The position numbers and the translations under genes are program-made. From a virus, in the IMG/VR virus record IMGVR_UViG_3300025784_000008: 64,000 nucleotides of DNA, one strand, 5' to 3'. Every line of letters begins with the position of its first letter. Within the stretch, counting starts at the first letter, position 1. Below the pieces are notes generated by a model. It did not search any database. It had not been told where the DNA came from and saw only the letters and a program-made list of their open reading frames with translations. This document shows positions 44,686-53,457 of the stretch, piece after piece.

Positions 44686-45209
44686 GAGTCTCCATCCATG
44701 AGGCTCTGAAGATTCAACGCACGTCGCATGACGAATCCTCGAACGGCGTCCGTGATCTCACCCCAGGCCTTCTCGGTGGCCGGTAGCCAGGTTCCCAGCT
44801 CACGAGCGAACGGGTACTTGACCCAACGGACCTCTTCAACGGTGTGGTGGTCCACGACGATCTCCTGGTCCGGGTCGATCATCGTGGCCAGGTAGAGCTG
44901 GACCGCGAACAGAGAGTCCAGGCGACCAATAACAACGCTGCAGATGTACTCCTGGATTTTGACGTCTAAGCCCACCTCTTCTTTGACCTCGCGGACAGCA
45001 CAAGCGCGATACTCTTCGCTGGCTTCAACCTTCCCGCCGGGGAACTCCCATTCACCGGTCTTGAGCCGCTTCTGGCACAGAATCTCGTCCCTGTTCGGAG
45101 ACACGATGATAGTAGAGGCGACCCAGACAAACTTGTCCGGGTTGCGGGGAACCTCGCGGTGGTAGGTGGCAATGACTTCGTGCGGGATGGTGCGTTTCTG
45201 TTCGGTCAT
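44682..45209 (-). CDS. NUDIX hydrolase
   Basis: Nudix box GKVEASEEYRACAVREVKEEVGL fits G-x5-E-x7-REUxEExGU. Confidence 0.7.
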   Translation of the reverse strand: MTEQKRTIPHEVIATYHREVPRNPDKFVWVASTIIVSPNRDEILCQKRLKTGEWEFPGGKVEASEEYRACAVREVKEEVGLDVKIQEYICSVVIGRLDSLFAVQLYLATMIDPDQEIVVDHHTVEEVRWVKYPFARELGTWLPATEKAWGEITDAVRGFVMRRALNLQSLMDGDS

Positions 45210-45505
45210 GGTACCTGCTCCTCAAGTTTCTCAACGGTGTGTTCGAGCTGGCTCGTTCTTCGGGCTGCTCCCACCGCATCCTGGTAACTGGAGGCACCCA
45301 TCATTTCGCGCATTTCGCGCTGCAGGTCTTTACGGCCTTGTGTTACGCCGGCGTCGAAGATGATCCTCAGGGCCGGGTGGAAGTAGTAGTTGTGGCATCC
45401 CTTACACAGGAAGGCCGGGCCCTGATCGGACTCCGTGAAGATCATCTTTCGGTGGGTCTTGCACTTACGGCACTTGATGTTGATCTCGTACTTTTTCCAC
45501 GGCAT
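45206..45505 (-). CDS. zinc-finger protein
   Basis: CRKCKTH...CKGCHNYYFH motif. Confidence 0.5.
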   Translation of the reverse strand: MPWKKYEINIKCRKCKTHRKMIFTESDQGPAFLCKGCHNYYFHPALRIIFDAGVTQGRKDLQREMREMMGASSYQDAVGAARRTSQLEHTVEKLEEQVP

Positions 45506-45683
45506 TGCCGCCTCCTTTCCTCAACTGCTCGTTCTCCGCCTTCAGATCGGCGGCTCGCTTGGCGGCGGACTCATACAAGTCCAGAACGATGTTGAGCTGA
45601 CCTCTCCAGTACAGAGAGGCAAGTACGACCCCGAACAAGAAGAGGTTCAAGGCTATCGACCCCAACATCAGCCATGCGTTCAT
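45465..45683 (-). CDS. small single-pass membrane protein
   Basis: ATG at 45683 after AAGGAGA. One transmembrane helix followed by a charged tail. Confidence 0.4.
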   Translation of the reverse strand: MNAWLMLGSIALNLFLFGVVLASLYWRGQLNIVLDLYESAAKRAADLKAENEQLRKGGGNAVEKVRDQHQVP

Positions 45684-45702
45684 AACAATCTCCTTGCCGT
45701 GG

Positions 45703-46458
45703 CTACTCCAATCGAGCCTTGGCTTCAAGCTTCTCGTCGCCGTCTGAAAGGCTCCCGCTCTTGATCCCCGCGGAAGATAGGGTGTCGATCCCGATGTACC
45801 GGTACTTGTCCTCTTCGTTAGGCTCGGTGAAAGTCTTTTCCAGCTCCCCAGAACCAACCATCGTGTCAAGTACGAAGGCTATGAAGCCGTTTTCAGGATC
45901 AGACCACTCACCCCTCATCTTGTTCTTGCCATCTGACGGATCCTTGAAGAAGATCCCGTTCTTTCGGTAACGGGCACAGATCGCCCTAACTTCATCGCGT
46001 TTGACTTTGCCTTTCAAAGCCTCAGCGATTTTGTTTGAGTTAGTGCTTTGAACTCGGGCCATGGCTACGAGCAAAACAGCGGCAGCATTCCACCCTGGAG
46101 TTCCGGGTTCAAAATCCGAAGCCATAACTTCCAGGAGTCCATCCAAGGTACCCAGCTTCGTTTCTACCTCGACGGACTTGATGAAGTTTTCCAGCGCAAG
46201 CCGGATGAGGCTTTTATATGCAGCCAAACTGGAAGGCTTCAGAGGGTTTTTACGAATCGTATTGCACCGCTGAACCAGGTCGTCAAGGTCGATAGTTCGG
46301 ACATCCGCGGCCTCTTCAATTGTCATGACAGCAAGTGATTTTTTGACCGCATTCAATCGATTACGCCATCGCTCCATGTCGGAATAGTACTTCTGCGCCT
46401 TGACCATCTCCTCGCAGTTATCCAGTAGACGGGCAACGCTGAAATCAAATTTCTTCAT
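45703..46458 (-). CDS. hypothetical protein
   Basis: 251-aa ORF. Confidence 0.5.
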   Translation of the reverse strand: MKKFDFSVARLLDNCEEMVKAQKYYSDMERWRNRLNAVKKSLAVMTIEEAADVRTIDLDDLVQRCNTIRKNPLKPSSLAAYKSLIRLALENFIKSVEVETKLGTLDGLLEVMASDFEPGTPGWNAAAVLLVAMARVQSTNSNKIAEALKGKVKRDEVRAICARYRKNGIFFKDPSDGKNKMRGEWSDPENGFIAFVLDTMVGSGELEKTFTEPNEEDKYRYIGIDTLSSAGIKSGSLSDGDEKLEAKARLE

Positions 46459-46477
46459 GACGTAAACCCTTTCTTAC

Positions 46478-46492
46478 TACCTTAGGCCAGCT
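46478..46492 (-). promoter_or_regulatory. TGGCCTAAGGTAG motif upstream of gene 45703-46458
   Basis: Variant of the ACGGCCTAAG family. Confidence 0.35.
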
Positions 46493-46505
46493 AAGCTAAA
46501 AGAAA

Positions 46506-46527
46506 TGGCCGCAGAGTCTGCAGCCAT
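46506..46527. repeat. dyad element, copy 9: TGGCCGCAGAGTCTGCAGCCAT
   Basis: Lies just after the stop of gene 46534-46983. Confidence 0.7.
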
Positions 46528-46533
46528 CTCCTT

Positions 46534-46983
46534 CTATCCAACCTTTCGGTAGGTCTTCCTTCTGGCGGCACCGTAGACCGTAAAGTAGCTCAAGTTGAGC
46601 CGGCGGGCGATGATGCTTATCGGGAACTCTTGATCAGCCATACGTCGGATCTCGGTAACGACCAGGTCCGGAAGGCGATCACCGGTTTGAAGCCGACTAA
46701 CTGCTGCCCGCACCTCGTCAGGTATGGGTTCAACCTGAGCTCTCTTCCAGGCCTTCCTCACCCGACGAAGACGGTTGTGCTCTTTGTCTACCTTATCCCA
46801 ATCAGGACAAATGAAATGTCCGGGAGTGTCGTCGTTCACCCAAGCCCAGCATTTTCTGTGGGCAATCCTCCAGGCATGAACCAACGATATGCCGTAGTCC
46901 AAAGCAATAGTCAGGGAAGACTCCGACCCAAACCGTTTACGGATGTCCCGAACGCCGTCGGCGTTCAGTGGCTTAGTCGTCAT
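46534..46983 (-). CDS. DNA-binding protein with two HTH-like segments (candidate transcription regulator)
   Basis: LTIALDYGISLVHAWRIAHRK and ISIIARRLNLSYFTVYGAARRK are HTH-like segments. Confidence 0.45.
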   Translation of the reverse strand: MTTKPLNADGVRDIRKRFGSESSLTIALDYGISLVHAWRIAHRKCWAWVNDDTPGHFICPDWDKVDKEHNRLRRVRKAWKRAQVEPIPDEVRAAVSRLQTGDRLPDLVVTEIRRMADQEFPISIIARRLNLSYFTVYGAARRKTYRKVG

Positions 46984-46992
46984 TGCTCCTCT

Positions 46993-47361
46993 TTATTTTG
47001 GTTGCCCGGTACCGTAGTTCCGGATGCGTTCAGCCTCCATGTGTTCCCACATGTTGGCCGGCGGAGCCTGAACCTCGTCGGTGAGCCCTTCGGTGTCCAG
47101 GCGTACGTACGAGAAGTTGTAGCTCTTCAGTGACCGCATCAACGCGATGAACTGGTCGCTGTACTCGCTCTTCTTTGCGTATTCGATCATCTCCTTGAAC
47201 TCGGCATCTTCGCTCTGCAGCGCAATCAGATAGCCGTATTCAAATTTGGCGACGATCTGGATCAGGCTGTCGGGGCTCTCATGCTCCCACTCAAGCCTGA
47301 TTAGATCCTTGTCCGTCAGGACGGACGTGTTGACGTCCGCGACGGCGAAGTACTTGTACAC
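46993..47361 (-). CDS. hypothetical protein
   Basis: GTG at 47361 after GAGGAGG, seven nt upstream. Confidence 0.4.
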   Translation of the reverse strand: MYKYFAVADVNTSVLTDKDLIRLEWEHESPDSLIQIVAKFEYGYLIALQSEDAEFKEMIEYAKKSEYSDQFIALMRSLKSYNFSYVRLDTEGLTDEVQAPPANMWEHMEAERIRNYGTGQPK

Positions 47362-47588
47362 TCGTCTTCCTCCTCTTCGTGGTGGTATCTGGAGATGCGG
47401 AGACACTTGGCAAAGTCGATCTTTTCCTCCTTGCAGAAGTGTCTGAGGTCGGTCAGGAAGTCTATGACATAGGTGTCCTCCATAGGAGAACCGTCCCAGG
47501 AGACTTCATTTTTGAACTTGACGATGTACCCGCGGGCCCGGTCAGCAAACTCCTTCGGCCCATACACTTTCGGCTTCTTCTTGGTCAT
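47316..47588 (-). CDS. hypothetical protein
   Basis: ATGA start/stop overlap with the upstream gene. Confidence 0.4.
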   Translation of the reverse strand: MTKKKPKVYGPKEFADRARGYIVKFKNEVSWDGSPMEDTYVIDFLTDLRHFCKEEKIDFAKCLRISRYHHEEEEDECTSTSPSRTSTRPS

Positions 47589-48010
47589 GATGTGGATGCC
47601 TTCTTCTTCTTGAGCTTGGCCGCTTCCTTGTCGATGAAAGCGTAGGGAACGCACCACTTCTGACTCTTCGCGGTGATGAATACCCCGCCTCCGCTGAACT
47701 CATCGAGACGCATCTTCGAGCAGGTATTTGACCAGGTAAAACTGATGTACTCATCGGGGCGGTGCTCTTTCAGGAAGGCCTGAAGAAGGCAAGCCAGGTT
47801 ATCGACCATGAAGCCTTCCTCGGCATAGATCCACAGATCCTCATAGCCTTCCTTCTGTTCGAACTCGTAACTGACCCCGATGTATTCGTCGAAGTTGTCC
47901 TCTTCGTCCGCCTTACGTTGACCCTCTTCGAAGGCATCCTTCAGCCAGGCGGACTCGACCGGGTTCAGCTTCGTCAACATGAAACTGGTCTGGGTGTAGT
48001 TATTCGCCAT
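47585..48010 (-). CDS. hypothetical protein
   Basis: 141-aa ORF. Confidence 0.5.
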   Translation of the reverse strand: MANNYTQTSFMLTKLNPVESAWLKDAFEEGQRKADEEDNFDEYIGVSYEFEQKEGYEDLWIYAEEGFMVDNLACLLQAFLKEHRPDEYISFTWSNTCSKMRLDEFSGGGVFITAKSQKWCVPYAFIDKEAAKLKKKKASTS

Positions 48011-48683
48011 CCTCGACCTCCGTTGACACGGTCAGCACCACCGGAGGATTCGTCGGTTGATATTCCTCGGTGCAGGTTGAGACGTTGTAGAAGGACGTCA
48101 CCTCATCTTTAGGTTTGGCAACACCGTAGCTGCCGTGGATGTGGCCAAACACGTGAATCAGAGGCTTCACCCGTTGAACTGCTTTCAGCAGCTCTTCGCA
48201 GCCAGCTGTTGTTCCTGGGTTGTCAGGATGGGGTTCCACCTTGTCGAGGATACCGATCGGCGGCCCGTGGGTGATCAGCACATCTGTATCGTCGGGGATC
48301 AGATCCCAATGCTTCTTGATCCCCAGCCCCCTCGGACGCATGAAGTACCAGTTCAGGAACTTGGGAGTCCAAGGCGAGCCCCAGAACTTCACGCCCTCGA
48401 TCTCGACTCCTGTGTCTTCGAGGTACGTGATTTCCGGGTACTTCTTGAGTTCGGCATGGCACAGGTCCATGTCGAACACCAAACAGCGATCATGATTGCC
48501 AGCGATGAGCAGCTTGTGCTTGTGAGGCTGGGAGCCAAACCACTTCAGGAAGTTACGGAACTCCCAGAAATGACCGTGGCCGCAGCTGTCGCCGCAATGG
48601 ATCAGGACGTCCCCGTTGGGGACGGAAATCTGCTTCTCTCGGGTGTGCGTGTCAGAGATCAGCACCAAGGTTAGATTGCCCAT
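48000..48683 (-). CDS. calcineurin-like metallophosphoesterase
   Basis: ISDTH, HCGD, GNHD, THGPP and GHIHGSYG motifs. Confidence 0.75.
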   Translation of the reverse strand: MGNLTLVLISDTHTREKQISVPNGDVLIHCGDSCGHGHFWEFRNFLKWFGSQPHKHKLLIAGNHDRCLVFDMDLCHAELKKYPEITYLEDTGVEIEGVKFWGSPWTPKFLNWYFMRPRGLGIKKHWDLIPDDTDVLITHGPPIGILDKVEPHPDNPGTTAGCEELLKAVQRVKPLIHVFGHIHGSYGVAKPKDEVTSFYNVSTCTEEYQPTNPPVVLTVSTEVEDGE

Positions 48684-49081
48684 CCCTCACCCTTCTCCAG
48701 GGTTTCCTGGATCTTGCCCAGGAGCTCCATGAGCGTGTCCGCCGAGTTGGCTGCGTCGGCAACCTCGTGGTCCTTGATGACGCTGCGGCGGCCGAACCAG
48801 GTGAGGGCCACCTCAAAACGATCGGCCTCGGTTTCCAGCTGCTTCTTGTGGATCTTGGTGAGCTTGTCTGTCCAGATGGTCTTCCACTCAAGGTTCTGGT
48901 CAGCAAGCGCATTCTGCAGGCGCTTGATGACGGCCTTGAAGGTGTCTCGAAGTTCAAGCTTGGCCTTGGCCTTCAAGAACGGACAGCTGTACTGTCCAAG
49001 CTTTGCCAGGAAGAACTCAAGGCCGGCGAGGTAGTCGACCAGGGTCTTGCGTATGTTTCCAGGTACCTTTCCTTGTTTCAT
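48671..49081 (-). CDS. hypothetical protein
   Basis: 136-aa ORF. Confidence 0.5.
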   Translation of the reverse strand: MKQGKVPGNIRKTLVDYLAGLEFFLAKLGQYSCPFLKAKAKLELRDTFKAVIKRLQNALADQNLEWKTIWTDKLTKIHKKQLETEADRFEVALTWFGRRSVIKDHEVADAANSADTLMELLGKIQETLEKGEGWAI

Positions 49082-49098
49082 CTTCGTAGTCCTAATTG

Positions 49099-49135
49099 AA
49101 AAGGCCGGCCCCCGAAGGAGCCGGCCAGCTTTTGA
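49099..49135 (-). terminator. rho-independent terminator
   Basis: GGCCGGC...GCCGGCC stem with a T-run on the minus strand. Confidence 0.55.
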
Positions 49136-49152
49136 AAGTCCTCAGGTTCTGC

Positions 49153-49536
49153 CTACCCGAGGTACGAACTGTTGCTGAGCTTGGTGGCCTCGTAGCCGCT
49201 CTTCCAGTCCCAGTCGTCGAGAACGATCTGGGTGAAGACCTCCTGGGAGAGCTCGATCTGGGTGTCGGACGTCAACGACAGCATCTCGAGCATGCGGTCG
49301 TAGTGACGGGTCTGGTCGACCGGACGGCTCAGGTTCTTCAGCACGTGAGCGTGGTTGACATCCTTGCCGCTGTCGAGCATGTCGAGCACCTGACGACAGG
49401 CCGCGGCCGTCGCCTGGCGGTACTCCTTCATGGCGACCTTGAAATCCGCGGCGTGCTTGTCGCGGTTTGATTTCAGCTTTTCGAGGAGCTGGTCTTTCGG
49501 GTACTTCATGTCAGGTATTCCACGCATCTGTAACAT
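49153..49536 (-). CDS. hypothetical protein
   Basis: ATG at 49536 after AAGGAGAAAGG. Confidence 0.5.
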   Translation of the reverse strand: MLQMRGIPDMKYPKDQLLEKLKSNRDKHAADFKVAMKEYRQATAAACRQVLDMLDSGKDVNHAHVLKNLSRPVDQTRHYDRMLEMLSLTSDTQIELSQEVFTQIVLDDWDWKSGYEATKLSNSSYLG

Positions 49537-49552
49537 CCTTTCTCCTTCGTCG

Positions 49553-49768
49553 TTAGATGAATTCTTTGGACGGATCGATCCCCAGCTCCTCAAGACGCTT
49601 GAGGAGCCTCTCAGCGGACAACCCGGTAAACATGCTCGAATCCTCGCTGATGACGGAGTATATGTCCAGGTCCCCGTTCTTGTGGACATCCAGGAACCAT
49701 CCTAGTGCGTGGTCTTTGCCCCACAGCACGTGCCGCCCATCAGCGAGCTTCTCATGATGCTGGCTCAT
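49553..49768 (-). CDS. hypothetical protein
   Basis: ATG at 49768 after GGAGGAG. Confidence 0.4.
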   Translation of the reverse strand: MSQHHEKLADGRHVLWGKDHALGWFLDVHKNGDLDIYSVISEDSSMFTGLSAERLLKRLEELGIDPSKEFI

Positions 49769-49770
49769 CA

Positions 49771-50271
49771 CTACTCCTCCGGTTCGGGTAAGCCAACACT
49801 GGCGTCCCACCGATTCGTGTGCTTCAGAAACTTGACAGCCAGAGCGTACATGGCTGCAGCCTGCGGTCCCTGGAACGGAGTGCTCATCGGCAGCCCATGT
49901 ACGGAGTTACGGTGCTTCAACGCACACACCGGACATGACGCGTACGTCCCTTCTGTAGACACCGACTGGGCGATTAGTGCCAACGGGAAGTCGATCTTAC
50001 AGATCTTACACTTTTCCAGGTCCTCTGGAGCAAGCGTGTCGAACTGTTCTTCCAGCCCCGGAAAGTTGTGTTCAAAATACAGGTAGGTCCCGTCTTCTTG
50101 TTGAATGCGGACCTTGCCCAGGTATTCCAGTTCTTCGTCAGCCTCCGAATCGAAAGGAATCCCTATCTCGGAGAGCTCATGAAGCGGGATCCAGATGAAC
50201 ACATCCTCGTGGCCCTTGGGAGCCGCGTACATCAGCTCGATGTTCTTGGCCTTCGTATATTTTTCAGCCAC
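49771..50271 (-). CDS. Cys-containing acidic protein
   Basis: CKICK...CPVC motif. Confidence 0.5.
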   Translation of the reverse strand: MAEKYTKAKNIELMYAAPKGHEDVFIWIPLHELSEIGIPFDSEADEELEYLGKVRIQQEDGTYLYFEHNFPGLEEQFDTLAPEDLEKCKICKIDFPLALIAQSVSTEGTYASCPVCALKHRNSVHGLPMSTPFQGPQAAAMYALAVKFLKHTNRWDASVGLPEPEE

Positions 50272-50340
50272 TCACCCCCCTTTCATGTAAATAAAGAAGA
50301 GGGGCTTTCGCCCCCGCTTCTTCTCGGCAACGCAGGACCT

Positions 50341-50808
50341 TTAGGTGGTCTGGGGTGTAGACCGGGCCCTGCTCTGGTATTCCCCAGCGCCTGTCCCCTC
50401 TTTCGGAAGGACGTTCATGGTGACCTCCTTCTGCTTAGGCGCCAGCAGCCTCTCTGCGAGGCCGCTAATGAGTGTGTTGAACCGAACAACCTTGAACTTC
50501 TCCCTGATCGCCAACTTGATCAGGTAGACGGCGTCCGCCGCCAGGTCTTTGTCCCGTTCGAGGTTCTCGTACAGGACCATGGCGTCCGCCGACTTGAGAA
50601 TCGGTGGAAGAACCTCTTCAACGAACAGTTCCAGGAACTCTGGATCTGATCGGTTGCAATCGTGAAGCCACTTCAGCCAGCAGCTGAAGTTTTCGAAGTC
50701 CTCGTCGTCGAGGACTCCTGATTCCTTGACGATCCTGAGGACCGTCATCGCGCCAACGGATAACCCCTTATCCGTTAACGACTTACCAGTGCCGAGTATA
50801 CCTTGCAT
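50341..50808 (-). CDS. hypothetical protein
   Basis: 155-aa ORF. A GGCCTAAGGAGGTG motif lies upstream. Confidence 0.5.
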   Translation of the reverse strand: MQGILGTGKSLTDKGLSVGAMTVLRIVKESGVLDDEDFENFSCWLKWLHDCNRSDPEFLELFVEEVLPPILKSADAMVLYENLERDKDLAADAVYLIKLAIREKFKVVRFNTLISGLAERLLAPKQKEVTMNVLPKEGTGAGEYQSRARSTPQTT

Positions 50809-50856
50809 TGCTTCACCCCTTTCCGGTGAAAGGCCTATAGATTCCCTTTCACCTCC

Positions 50857-51471
50857 TTAGGCCGGATCGATCGGGGTTTTTGGGTCACCGCCTCCCATCA
50901 GTTGCAGGTTACCGTGAATTTTCATCCAGACGGGAAAGCGCATCTCCCAAAGTTTGAGGGCGAAGACTTCCCTGGCGCGGTACCGGTCAGACATCTTGTC
51001 GGTCAGCCGCGACGACCTCCAAGGCGGACAGATCCGTTTCTTTTCTGACAGCTTCGGTTCAGCCCTGGAGTTCCTGACCGCCCATGCCAAGGCGTTCTCG
51101 GTGCCTCGGATCATGTGAAGCAGGTTGGCCATTTTGGCTACTACCCAGTACAGATGAATCGCCTTCTCGATGCTTTCGCGGAGTTCACCCTGTATGGGTA
51201 TCCCGCCGTTCAGGATACTCTGGAGTACCGTCTTACGGTGAACCACCTTGGCGGAGAGCTTGGCGAGGCCAACCGCACAGCGTGCACGATCTGAGGCGGA
51301 ACAGCCGTGGTCTCCGATGGCCAACAAAAGGCTAAGTCCCTGCGCCTCGGCAAAGCCGGCGCGGCGGTACTCAACCTCAGGAGCGATATTCATCACCGGC
51401 AACGAGATGTTGACGTGGTCCAGGAAATCGTCGAACGGGATCCATGGTTTATCTACGGTCATCGCTGACAT
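50857..51471 (-). CDS. hypothetical protein
   Basis: ATG at 51471 after AGAAAGGA. The longer ORF predicted in the track overlaps a divergent gene. Confidence 0.5.
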   Translation of the reverse strand: MSAMTVDKPWIPFDDFLDHVNISLPVMNIAPEVEYRRAGFAEAQGLSLLLAIGDHGCSASDRARCAVGLAKLSAKVVHRKTVLQSILNGGIPIQGELRESIEKAIHLYWVVAKMANLLHMIRGTENALAWAVRNSRAEPKLSEKKRICPPWRSSRLTDKMSDRYRAREVFALKLWEMRFPVWMKIHGNLQLMGGGDPKTPIDPA

Positions 51472-51488
51472 CGTGTCCTTTCTGGTTG

Positions 51489-51510
51489 TGGTCGCAGACT
51501 CTGCGGCCAT
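51489..51510. repeat. dyad element, copy 10: TGGTCGCAGACTCTGCGGCCAT, centred in the 48-bp divergent intergenic region
   Basis: Lies between a minus-strand start (51471) and a plus-strand start (51520), at a strand-switch point. Confidence 0.7.
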
Positions 51511-51519
51511 ACTGTTTAC

Positions 51520-51840
51520 ATGAGCACTGACAAAGAGGCCCGGCACGCTCACGACCGTATGGAGGAACGAACTCCGTACGCACGTTCTCTTGTGGAGCTT
51601 CTGGAGTCCCGAGTAAAGAAGAGGTACCCTGAGCTGCCTCACGGGGAGTATTTTGTCCCCCTGCAGGATCGAGGCAAGAGCGATGTGCAAGGTTACGGGG
51701 TTTTCAGGACCTTTGGAAAGCGAGAGAAGACCAGGCCGACTCTGGTGACAATCCTTAGCAGTCGTATGAAGCCCAAGGGCCAGCAGCTTCCACCCAGCTT
51801 GGGTAAGGTTCCCGGCAAGTACAAGGCCTCAAAATCTTAG
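51520..51840 (+). CDS. hypothetical basic protein (first gene of the rightward structural block)
   Basis: 106-aa ORF. No clear SD. Confidence 0.4.
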   Translation: MSTDKEARHAHDRMEERTPYARSLVELLESRVKKRYPELPHGEYFVPLQDRGKSDVQGYGVFRTFGKREKTRPTLVTILSSRMKPKGQQLPPSLGKVPGKYKASKS

Positions 51841-51886
51841 GCCACTCCTCGGGCTATAATGTACTTGGTTCCAGAGGCGGTTTTGG

Positions 51887-52447
51887 ATGGCTGATCCAGC
51901 CTACATCTTGGCGCGTGGCAGGAATGTAGCCAGAGAAGCGCTTCTGGCCGAGATCATCGTAGCCAAGCTCGATTCTCTCGCCGAGCTCAGCACTCTTGAA
52001 TACACGACCCTCCTCAACGACTTTCAGCGGATTGGTCTGTTTGCCCCTCCTTACGAGGAGGCAGCCATGCAACGTCTTTCATTACTGCAGCTTGAGTACA
52101 TGATGGCGCTGTGTGACATCCGCCTTGAACAGACCGTTCCTGGGACATCTTATTACGGCCTGATTCGAGACGGAACTGCGCCCACCGGAGGCAATCCGTA
52201 CTACGCTGAGATAGGGGAGTTGATCCTGGCTGACGGAACAGCGCCCTGGACGGTGATACTACCGGACCCCACTGTACTTGCTCACGAGAGGTGCGTGGTG
52301 AACGTGAAGATGGTGATAGGAACAGGTCCTATCACTGTAGTTTCCGACGGCGGATGGCCGATCGACAGCAAGCCTTCGATCACCCTGCCGTTGTTGAACA
52401 TAACGAAGACTTTCCACGTCGTCGACGGTGAGTACAAGATCCTGTAA
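51887..52447 (+). CDS. hypothetical protein (possible structural protein)
   Basis: 186-aa ORF. Confidence 0.5.
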   Translation: MADPAYILARGRNVAREALLAEIIVAKLDSLAELSTLEYTTLLNDFQRIGLFAPPYEEAAMQRLSLLQLEYMMALCDIRLEQTVPGTSYYGLIRDGTAPTGGNPYYAEIGELILADGTAPWTVILPDPTVLAHERCVVNVKMVIGTGPITVVSDGGWPIDSKPSITLPLLNITKTFHVVDGEYKIL

Positions 52448-52458
52448 GTGGGTGAACT

Positions 52459-53421
52459 ATGGCTGACAGAAAGATTGTACAAGACCAGAAGTTCATCTAC
52501 GGATGGGACGACGTTGCCAACCTTCCCAGGTTTTCCACTGACCACGGGGCGACCTGGACAACCATCAACTCAGGCGGTGGAGGTGGTGTAGATGTCCAGA
52601 TGAACGATGTGGACATCGTACTCTCGGCAAGCCCGATCGACTTCGTGTCCGACATCGCCGGCGGAAAAGAGTTTGCCGAGGTCATTGCCGACGGCGGTGG
52701 TGGTGTCGAAGTAGAAGTCGACAAGCAGATCGATTACTTAAGCCTCGCTGGCGGAGTAGGTCCTGTCCCTACCGGATTTACGTTCGATCGAACAATTTAC
52801 CGAGCCTGTGAAGTAATCTACGCCCTGGCTAAGGTCACGGGGGAGCTTGAGACTGGCCACATCATGATCCTCCACGACGGTTCCGTTGCTGGCGTGGTGG
52901 TGACCCGTCGTGGAACAGAAATACTCCCGTTCGTGCAGGGCAATCCGGCGATCCAGTTCAGCGCAGATGTCAGCGGAAATGACTGCCGCCTTCTGTACAC
53001 GGAAACCAACGGCGACGGATTTGACTTGTCGGTCAAGCCTCGTCCGATACGCATTGTGCAGGAAATTGAAATCGAGTTTGTTGCTATCACCAGCGGCGTT
53101 ATCAGTGACGTTCCGTCGACTCATCAGGTTCAGCTTCGTATCAACACCTCTGACGGCCTGCCGGCATCCAGGAACGTTGGGTGCACAGTCGATGATGATG
53201 GTACTGGCTCGGCTATTCCTGGAGCCGACTACTCTTACCTTGTCCAGAATCCGAACTGGTCAATCGGAGACCCGGACGGAACCATCGTCTCCGTCAACAT
53301 CGATATCCTCGGAACGAATGTGGACAGGACCATAGACCTGAGCTTCTCCGGCCTCGCCGGCGGCGCAGTTGCAGGTCCGAACACAAACCACCAGGTTACG
53401 CTGTTCTCTGCAGGAGCGTAA
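52459..53421 (+). CDS. tail-fibre or structural protein
   Basis: Gly/Thr/Val-rich beta-type composition. Sits in the tail-fibre cluster. Confidence 0.45.
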   Translation: MADRKIVQDQKFIYGWDDVANLPRFSTDHGATWTTINSGGGGGVDVQMNDVDIVLSASPIDFVSDIAGGKEFAEVIADGGGGVEVEVDKQIDYLSLAGGVGPVPTGFTFDRTIYRACEVIYALAKVTGELETGHIMILHDGSVAGVVVTRRGTEILPFVQGNPAIQFSADVSGNDCRLLYTETNGDGFDLSVKPRPIRIVQEIEIEFVAITSGVISDVPSTHQVQLRINTSDGLPASRNVGCTVDDDGTGSAIPGADYSYLVQNPNWSIGDPDGTIVSVNIDILGTNVDRTIDLSFSGLAGGAVAGPNTNHQVTLFSAGA

Positions 53422-53457
53422 CGGGAACGGTATACTGGTTGGGAAAGGGGTAATCGA

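Noticed and set aside
5962-51510. CRISPR array formed by the repeated 21-mer
   Set aside because: The copies are 2-10 kb apart, individually palindromic, and located at gene boundaries. This is not a repeat-spacer array.
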